From Actinomycetota bacterium (GTDB lineage Bacteria; Actinomycetota; UBA4738; HRBIN12): 64,000 bases of DNA. Numbering within the stretch: position 1 is the first letter of the stretch; the number at the start of each line of letters is the position of its first letter. The DNA lies in the NCBI GenBank assembly GCA_036007245.1, contig DASYOY010000059.1, positions 221-64,220 of the forward strand, given 5' to 3'. The notes under the pieces were generated by a model. It ran no database searches. It worked only from the letters and a program-made list of their open reading frames with translations, and had not been told where the DNA came from. Of the stretch, positions 57,756 to 64,000 are shown piece by piece. A program made the translations under genes and the position numbers.

Positions 57756-58093
57756 GGCTGCCTCCCTCGGGTCGGTCCCGACGAGCCTAGTCCGGGAGCC
57801 GAACAGGCGCCTCGGCCGTTCGGCCGCAACGTCGGGGCCTCGGACGGTTGTCTTGTGCCCGATCCTGCGGCAGCATGTCTGGCACGAGAGGAAGGAGGTG
57901 GTCCGACTGCATATACAGCATGAGACCCTCGAGGTGACTGGCTGCTAGCCGTCCCTACGAGCCGGTAACGGCTCTGCCGGGCGACCGGCAAATCCACGCC
58001 AGCTCACCGACCTCGCGAGCTCCGGCCCGGTCTCACCGGACGAAGCCTCGGTGTACGAGGACCGACCTCCTTGCGAGGGTGAAGCTGTGGTTC

Positions 58094-58117
58094 GGGCCGG
58101 GCCTTCGGGCCCGGCCC
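58094..58117. promoter_or_regulatory. perfect 10-bp GC hairpin with a TTCG tetraloop in the mgtA leader (~60 nt upstream of the start)
   Basis: The hairpin is GGGCCGGGCC-TTCG-GGCCCGGCCC, inside a 420-bp intergenic leader. Confidence 0.35.
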
Positions 58118-58175
58118 GTTCCCTTCCCGCACTTCTTCCGGGGGTTACACCCCGAACGTCGCTACGCTGCATCCC

Positions 58176-60767
58176 ATGTCCGACCGACCGTCGCTCGACG
58201 CGGCGGCGTCGATGCAGGCGACCGAGGTCCTCACGGCGCTCGGCACTTCGGACACCGGTCTCACCAGCGCCGAGGCCGAGGAACGGCTCGCCGCCGAAGG
58301 GCCGAACGCCGTCCGGACCCATCACGCGAGCCTGTGGCGGACGCTGATCGGGCAGTTCCGCTCGCCACTCCTCCTATTGCTGCTCGCCGCGGCACTGGTG
58401 TCGGCGATCGTCGGGGAGGGCGCGGACGCCCTGATCATCGGCGTGATCGTGACGGCCTCGGTCGGCCTCGGCACCGCCAACGAGTTCCGCGCCGACAAAG
58501 CGGCCGAGGCGCTCCACTCCCAGATCCGTCACGAGGTCTCGACGCTCCGCGACGGGAAGGCGGTCGAAGTCGAGGCGACGCAGCTGGTGCCCGGCGACGT
58601 GGTCTCCCTCGGGATCGGGGCGATCGTGCCCGCCGACCTGCGGATCGTCTCCGAGAAGGACATCGAGTGCGACGAGTCGATCCTGACGGGCGAGTCGTTG
58701 CCGGTCGAGAAGACGGCAGACCCGGCCGCATCGGCAACCCCGAAGGATGGACCCTCCCCAGCCATGTTCATGGGAACGGTCGTCCACCGCGGCTCCGCCC
58801 AGGCGGTGGTGGTCTCGACCGGCGCGAACACCCGGTTCGGCGCGATCGCACTCGGCCTCGGTGAGCGCCACGCGCCGACGGAGTTCCAGATCGGGCTCAC
58901 GAAGTTCTCGGCGCTCTTGGCGAAGGTCGCCGGCGCACTGAGCGTCGCGATCTTGGTGATCAACATCGCGCTCGGTCGGCCGCTGATCGATGCCGTCCTG
59001 TTCTCGCTCGCGATCGCCGTGGGGATCACACCGCAGTTGCTGCCCGCGGTGGTGTCGACCAGCCTCGCGACCGGCGCCCATCGACTCGCGGAACACAAGG
59101 TGCTCGTGAAACGCCTCGTCAGCATCGAAGATCTCGGCGACATCGACGTCCTGTTCTCGGACAAGACCGGCACGCTGACCGAGGGGAAGATCACGTTCGA
59201 GCGCGCGATCGACCCGAGCGGCGCCGAGTCCGGCGACGTCGTGAAGCTCGGGTTGCGGTGCAGCGACGCGATGGTCTCGGGCGCCGGAGGGGGCGGTGGA
59301 CCGCTCGACGAGGCGCTGCGCGATGCGAACAAGGCCGCCGCGGACGGCGCCAGGGTCATCGACATCGTCCCGTTCGATCACGACCGCCGGCGCACCAGCG
59401 TGCTCGTCGATGACGACGGTCATCGTCTCCAGATCACGAAGGGCGCGCCGGAATCGGTCTTGGAGCTCTGCGACGGCGTCACCGATGCGACCCGCGACAT
59501 CCTCACGAAGGAGTTCGAGCGGGGCGTCCGAGTGGTTGCGGTCGCGAGCCGCGCCGCCGACGGTGTCCAGAAGCTGAGCGCCGACGACGAGCATGGGCTC
59601 ACCCTCGACGGATTCCTCGTCTTCCAGGACCCGCCCAAGGCCTCGGCGGCGGCCTCGATCAAGCGTCTCGCGCAGCTCGGCCTGCGCATCAAGATCGTCA
59701 CCGGCGACAACGCGATCGTGGCGAAGTCGGTGTGCGGCTCGCTCGGCATCCCCGCCGACAAGGTCCTCACCGGCGACGACCTCGACGGCATGGACGACGC
59801 CGCGCTCGACGCCCAGGTGGACGACGTCTCGATCTTCGCGCGAGTGAGCCCCGAGCAGAAGGCGCGGATCCTGCGGGCGCAGCGGAACGCCGGTTCGGCG
59901 GTTGCCTTCCTCGGCGACGGGGTGAACGACGCGCTCGCCCTGCATCACGCCGATGTGGGCATCTCGGTCGACACGGCGGTGGACGTCGCGAAGGACGCGG
60001 CCGACATCATCTTGCTGGAACACGATCTCGACGTGCTCGCAGACGGCATCGTCGAGGGACGCCGCACCTTCGCCAACACGATCAAGTACGTCCGGATGGG
60101 CACGTCGTCGAACTTCGGCAACATGTTCAGCGTCACGATCGCGGCGGCGTTCCTGCCGTTCCTGCCGATGCTGCCGTCGCAGATCCTGCTGAACAACCTG
60201 CTCTATGACATGAGCCAGCTCACGATCCCGACCGACCACGTGGATGAAGAGCAGCTTGTCCGGCCGTCGCACTGGGACGTGAGGTCGATCCGCAAGTTCA
60301 TGTTCCGGTTCGGGCCGATCAGCTCCGTGTTCGACATCGCCACGTTCCTCGTGCTGATCCACGTGCTCCACGCGAGCGCGCCGGAGTTCCGCACCGGATG
60401 GTTCATCGAGTCGCTCGCGACACAGACCTTCGTCGTGTTCGCGATCCGAACCCTCCGCGTGCCGTTCTTCCGGAGCCGGCCGTCGTTGCCGCTCGCGCTC
60501 TCGGCCGCCGGCGTGCTGGCCGTGGGCGTCTACCTCACCCGGTCCCCGCTCGCGCCGACGCTCGGGTTCGCCCCGCTGCCCGGCACCTTCTACGTGGTGG
60601 TCGCCGCCTTCATCGTCGCGTACATGGTCGCCGTGGACCTCGCGAAGCTCGCGTTCTTCCGGACGCCGGGCACGAGGAAGACGCCCCTTCGGCGCTCAGC
60701 GACACACCAGGTCGCCCGCATCGCCGCCCCGTGGCGGCACTCGGACGTCGCCGAGCCCGCGGCCTGA
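58176..60767 (+). CDS. mgtA: magnesium-translocating P-type ATPase
   Basis: It has the DKTGTLT phosphorylation motif, the hinge motif GDGVNDALAL and a 10-TM organisation. The N-terminus is MgtA-like. Confidence 0.9.
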   Translation: MSDRPSLDAAASMQATEVLTALGTSDTGLTSAEAEERLAAEGPNAVRTHHASLWRTLIGQFRSPLLLLLLAAALVSAIVGEGADALIIGVIVTASVGLGTANEFRADKAAEALHSQIRHEVSTLRDGKAVEVEATQLVPGDVVSLGIGAIVPADLRIVSEKDIECDESILTGESLPVEKTADPAASATPKDGPSPAMFMGTVVHRGSAQAVVVSTGANTRFGAIALGLGERHAPTEFQIGLTKFSALLAKVAGALSVAILVINIALGRPLIDAVLFSLAIAVGITPQLLPAVVSTSLATGAHRLAEHKVLVKRLVSIEDLGDIDVLFSDKTGTLTEGKITFERAIDPSGAESGDVVKLGLRCSDAMVSGAGGGGGPLDEALRDANKAAADGARVIDIVPFDHDRRRTSVLVDDDGHRLQITKGAPESVLELCDGVTDATRDILTKEFERGVRVVAVASRAADGVQKLSADDEHGLTLDGFLVFQDPPKASAAASIKRLAQLGLRIKIVTGDNAIVAKSVCGSLGIPADKVLTGDDLDGMDDAALDAQVDDVSIFARVSPEQKARILRAQRNAGSAVAFLGDGVNDALALHHADVGISVDTAVDVAKDAADIILLEHDLDVLADGIVEGRRTFANTIKYVRMGTSSNFGNMFSVTIAAAFLPFLPMLPSQILLNNLLYDMSQLTIPTDHVDEEQLVRPSHWDVRSIRKFMFRFGPISSVFDIATFLVLIHVLHASAPEFRTGWFIESLATQTFVVFAIRTLRVPFFRSRPSLPLALSAAGVLAVGVYLTRSPLAPTLGFAPLPGTFYVVVAAFIVAYMVAVDLAKLAFFRTPGTRKTPLRRSATHQVARIAAPWRHSDVAEPAA

Positions 60768-60790
60768 TCTCGCGGCCATACACTTCGCCG

Positions 60791-61591
60791 ATGGGCGTGC
60801 TCGGACCCGATGACATCGTCGATCCCGCCTCGACGATCGAAGAGAACCTCCGCGGCTGGCTCCCCGTCTTCGAGCGATTCCCCGGCGCGCGTCTGGACCA
60901 GGTAGCAGGGTGCACGCGATGGCTCTGCGACGTGCCGCTGCTGCTGTTCAATGGCGCGATCGGGATGCCGGCGGACGAGGATCTCGACTATGCGATCGCG
61001 GCGGTTCTCGAGCCATTCGAAGCGGCCGGGGTGCCGTTGCTGTGGGTGCTCCCGACGCACGATGACGCCGTCGTCGCTGCGCTCGCCGCACGAGGTCTCG
61101 CGGTCGAGTACGGCACGCCGGCCATGACGATCGACCTGGCGGACCTGCCGCCGCTCGAGGTCCCGCCGAACACCACGATCGATGAGGTGGACGACGACCC
61201 CGAAGCACTCCGCGACGCGTCGACGATCGCGCTCACGACGAACGGACTGCCACCCTGGTGCATCGACGCGTACCTCGAAGCGCTCGATGCGTTGCCCGAC
61301 CGGCGAACCATCCGCACCTTCCTCGTGAAACGCGACGGCGCGCCGCTCGCTTCGAGCCTCCTCATGTCCGCCGCCGGTGTGGCCGGTCTCTACAACGTCG
61401 GGACGCTCCCAGACGCGCGCCGGACAGGTCTCGGCCGGCTCGTCTCGATCGCCGCGATGGCGGCCGGCCGCGACGCCGGCTATCGCGTCGGCGTCCTGCA
61501 GGCCAGCGAGCTCGGCAAGCCGGTCTATCAAGCGATGGGGTTCGAAGAGCGGGCCATGTTCACGTTCGCGGTCCGGGTCCCGGCCGGCTGA
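60791..61591 (+). CDS. GNAT family N-acetyltransferase
   Basis: The C-terminus has a GNAT motif A-like region (RRTGLGRLV). The start is at the ATG MGVLGPDD. Confidence 0.65.
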   Translation: MGVLGPDDIVDPASTIEENLRGWLPVFERFPGARLDQVAGCTRWLCDVPLLLFNGAIGMPADEDLDYAIAAVLEPFEAAGVPLLWVLPTHDDAVVAALAARGLAVEYGTPAMTIDLADLPPLEVPPNTTIDEVDDDPEALRDASTIALTTNGLPPWCIDAYLEALDALPDRRTIRTFLVKRDGAPLASSLLMSAAGVAGLYNVGTLPDARRTGLGRLVSIAAMAAGRDAGYRVGVLQASELGKPVYQAMGFEERAMFTFAVRVPAG

Positions 61592-61597
61592 CACGCG

Positions 61598-63001
61598 CTA
61601 CGGCGACAGGTCGTACGTCTGCCGATCGAACGTGCGGCCGAGCTCGTCGGTCGGCGTCACCGTCACCTGGGACCCGTCGATCGTCACCAATAGGAAGTGA
61701 TACACGTGGTCGGCGCTCGCCGGCTTCACGCCGCCGTCACACTTCGAGCCGGTCGACGTCGACGGCGTCCAGCCGATCGAGTACTGGTCCGGCGCCCCGC
61801 ACACGCTGACCGGCTCGAGTCCGGCACCGCCGCCACCGGTGACGTAGCTCACCGGCATCCCCGACGCCGACGGGGCGTTCCGCTCGTAGATGTGCGCGTG
61901 CCCGTTGAAGACGAAGTCGACGCCGGCGTTGCCGAGCAACCCCTCGAGCGACGATGCCCCGTCGAGGTAGGAGTCGGTCGTCTCGGTCGCATTGGCCGTG
62001 TACAGCGGGAAATGGAAGAACGCGATCGAGATCTGCGCCGGGTGGTGCGCGAGGTCGCTCTCGAGCCACGTGCGTTCGGCATCACCGAGCGCCCAATGGG
62101 CGTCGTAGTCGTTCCCATAGATCGTCGACGTGCCGACGTTGCCGTTGTCCCACGACGCGTCGAGCACATAGAAGCGAACCGGCCCCGCGTTGAATGCGTA
62201 CCACTCGCTCGGGTAGCTCGCGGACTTCGTTCCGTTCTGGCAGCAGTTGACGTCCATCTGGTACCGGCCGCCGGAGGTCTGAACCGCTTTGTTCTCCGGC
62301 CAGTTCACGAGCGCCGTGCTCTGCTCCCCGTGGTTCCCCTGCCCGTTGAATAGCGGGATCGAGGCGCCGGCGACCGGCCAGAACGACGGGCCGAACACCG
62401 CGCTCGTGTTGTTGCCGGTCTGCTGCAGGTCGCCGTAGTTGATCTGCGAGCCGTCCGGGTAGCCCGTGTCGCCGGTGGTCACGGCGAACCGAGCGCCGCT
62501 CGCCGCGATCTGCGACATCACGTTCGCCTGGTCGGGATTGGCGCCGGTCGAGTCGACCTGTCCCCAGTCCCCGAAGACGGCGAGCGTGAGCGGTGCGGTC
62601 GAATTGGGGCCGAGCTGCGAGTGGAAGACGGGCGGCGTGTCCGTTCCCAACAGGTTCGTGGGGCCTCCATAGATGGAGTAGCAATACGCCGTGTCGTGGA
62701 TGAGCTTGTTGAGGTTCGCCGACCACTGCGTCTCGGCGACCGTCCCCACGGTGATCGGCGTCGACGTTGCGCTTGCCCTATGGGCGTCGCAGGGCTCGAC
62801 CCCCGCCTGGCCGAAGGCGACGTGACCCTTCGTGATCGACGTGGTGGTTGCCCAGTTCACGGTGACATGACGCTGGACGAGGTCGGTGAGGTAAGGCGCG
62901 CGGGTCAGGCTCGAGGACGGCGTCGCGGCGCTGGGTCCCGCCGTGCCCAGGAGCGCGACGACCACGATCGAGCCGAGGAGTGCGGGGAAGCGGCGGCGCA
63001 T
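61598..63001 (-). CDS. secreted metallophosphoesterase (purple acid phosphatase-like)
   Basis: There is a signal peptide. Metallophosphoesterase motifs are present: GDWG, TGDTGY, GNHE and FNGHAHIYER. Confidence 0.8.
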   Translation of the reverse strand: MRRRFPALLGSIVVVALLGTAGPSAATPSSSLTRAPYLTDLVQRHVTVNWATTTSITKGHVAFGQAGVEPCDAHRASATSTPITVGTVAETQWSANLNKLIHDTAYCYSIYGGPTNLLGTDTPPVFHSQLGPNSTAPLTLAVFGDWGQVDSTGANPDQANVMSQIAASGARFAVTTGDTGYPDGSQINYGDLQQTGNNTSAVFGPSFWPVAGASIPLFNGQGNHGEQSTALVNWPENKAVQTSGGRYQMDVNCCQNGTKSASYPSEWYAFNAGPVRFYVLDASWDNGNVGTSTIYGNDYDAHWALGDAERTWLESDLAHHPAQISIAFFHFPLYTANATETTDSYLDGASSLEGLLGNAGVDFVFNGHAHIYERNAPSASGMPVSYVTGGGGAGLEPVSVCGAPDQYSIGWTPSTSTGSKCDGGVKPASADHVYHFLLVTIDGSQVTVTPTDELGRTFDRQTYDLSP

Positions 63002-63065
63002 CCGGCCATGCTCCCACGCGCGGCCAACCCGGCGGACCGTCCGGAAGACCTAAAGGCCTCGGCCG

Positions 63066-63998
63066 CTAGACGGGAACCTGCTGCGTGATGCAGTGCGGGC
63101 CACCACCCCCGAACGCGATCGTGGCGGCCGGGACGGCGATGACCTCCCGATCGGGGAAGAGCTTCGCGAGCTGCTCGACTCCGCGCTCGTCGGCCTCGGC
63201 GCCGGTCATCGGCGCCACGACGATCCCGTTGGCGATGTAGCAATTCGCGTAGGCGTTGTGGCCTTCGGCGCCGATCAGGTGCTCCACCTCGATGGCGCGC
63301 CGGCGTGCGTCCTGTGCCCCGTCCAACCGCGACAGGTTCGCCCGGCCGAAGTCGTGGTCCTCGTCGCTCGCCTCCTCCGGCACCAGCAAGGCGACGCGTC
63401 CGGGCGCGAGATAGGTCGCGACGCCGTCGACGTGGCCGTCGGTCGCGACCGGACCGACGTCGCCGGCCATCCCGTAGGGCAGCCACACGACCGTCTCGAC
63501 GCCGAGGTAGTCACGCAAGCCGCGTTCGATCTCGTCCTTGGTCATATCGGGGTTCCGGTTCGGGCTGAGGAGACACATCTCGGTCGTGAGCAGCGTGCCC
63601 TCGCCGTCGGTCAGGATCGAACCGCCCTCGAGCACGAACGGCGCCTCGAACAGCCGCACGCCGAGGTGCGCAGCGACGGTCGCCGGCATCGCGTCGTCGT
63701 TCGACCATGACGGGAACCGCTTGCCCCACGCGTTGAACCGGAACGACACCGCCGCGACCTCGCCCGCATCGTTGCGCACGAAGATCGGTCCGGAGTCGCG
63801 CATCCACGAGTCGTCGATCGGGATCGGCAACACGTCGACCGCTTCGCCGCAGTGATCGCGCACGCTCTGCTCGTCGCCCGGGCTGCAGACCATGATCACC
63901 GGCTCGGCGGCGGCGATCGTGCGTGCGACGCCGGCCCACTCGCGGCGCGCCTCCTCGGCGCGGCCCTGCCAGTAGTCCGCCTCCAACGGCCACGCCAT
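63066..63998 (-). CDS. aguA: agmatine deiminase / porphyromonas-type peptidyl-arginine deiminase family protein
   Basis: WMRDSGPIFV, ILTDGEGT and the C-terminal GGGGPHCITQQ catalytic-Cys motif are present. Its start is at the window edge. Confidence 0.8.
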   Translation of the reverse strand: MAWPLEADYWQGRAEEARREWAGVARTIAAAEPVIMVCSPGDEQSVRDHCGEAVDVLPIPIDDSWMRDSGPIFVRNDAGEVAAVSFRFNAWGKRFPSWSNDDAMPATVAAHLGVRLFEAPFVLEGGSILTDGEGTLLTTEMCLLSPNRNPDMTKDEIERGLRDYLGVETVVWLPYGMAGDVGPVATDGHVDGVATYLAPGRVALLVPEEASDEDHDFGRANLSRLDGAQDARRRAIEVEHLIGAEGHNAYANCYIANGIVVAPMTGAEADERGVEQLAKLFPDREVIAVPAATIAFGGGGPHCITQQVPV

Positions 63999-64000
63999 CA

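Noticed and set aside
1-64000. Searched for CRISPR arrays, tRNA/tmRNA/RNase P hallmarks (GTTCGAATC T-loops, CCA ends, GGGG...CCACCA), and IS/transposase or integrase genes.
   Set aside because: None found. There are no direct-repeat arrays and no transposase/integrase-like ORFs, and the intergenic regions are too short or lack conserved RNA boxes.

Overview
This is a high-GC (~70%) chromosomal segment that looks actinobacterial (Actinomycetota, possibly Rubrobacteria/Thermoleophilia-like), with about 60 protein-coding genes densely packed on both strands. I found no rRNA, tRNA, CRISPR array or obvious mobile element. Because of the GC3 skew, most long ORFs lying antisense to a strong gene in the six-frame track are shadow ORFs. 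Many ORFs that the track starts far upstream are shortened here to the first plausible start (the track shows GTG/TTG starts as M).

Genes I can recognise, in window order:
- A MerR-HTH/class III nucleotidyl cyclase fusion.
- A DrrAB-like ABC-2 exporter.
- A split NHEJ LigD: separate ligase and polymerase-domain genes joined by a GTGA stop/start overlap.
- An orphan GAF/HisKA_3 sensor kinase.
- PPOX, VOC and aldo/keto reductase genes.
- DinB (DNA polymerase IV) and a SAM-dependent methyltransferase.
- An HtrA-like protease.
- A GGDEF-EAL protein, a flavodoxin and an APH-family kinase.
- A DUF4386 pseudogene with several frameshifts.
- An HAF-repeat secreted protein.
- A tight trio of small genes: ACT domain, HiPIP-like Cys-rich, HNH.
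- Three paralogous GcvT-family (DmdA-like, probably tetrahydrofolate-dependent) aminomethyltransferases, two of them divergently paired.
- An ArsR/AHSA1 (tandem SRPBCC) pair.
- A secreted GH9 hydrolase.
- A long translationally coupled minus-strand sugar operon: GH15 - aldose 1-epimerase - NDH-2-like flavoprotein - GMC oxidoreductase - MFS - SDR.
- An FGE-sulfatase-domain protein.
- A K+ channel.
- YihY, SHOCT and HdeD membrane proteins.
- A radical-SAM SplB-like protein and a BNR-repeat protein.
- A GMC dehydrogenase with a TAT-signal small subunit, divergent from a complete caa3-type oxidase operon (ctaC-ctaD-ctaE-subunit IV-ctaG) whose start and stop codons overlap.
- A polysaccharide deacetylase, the Mg2+ P-type ATPase MgtA, a GNAT acetyltransferase, a purple-acid-phosphatase-like metallophosphoesterase and an agmatine deiminase.

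Observations worth a second look:
- An array of palindromic operators (CGTCAAC-NN-GTTGACG twice, plus GCAACATGTTGC) lies upstream of the first DmdA-like gene.
- A 477-bp low-GC, stem-rich intergenic region at 13.4-13.9 kb may encode an RNA.
- The mgtA leader carries a stable GC hairpin.
- The ACT/HiPIP-like/HNH trio is unexplained.
- Several genes have no assignable function.

Nothing in the window matches a known defense system, so every candidate novel module below is a hypothesis.
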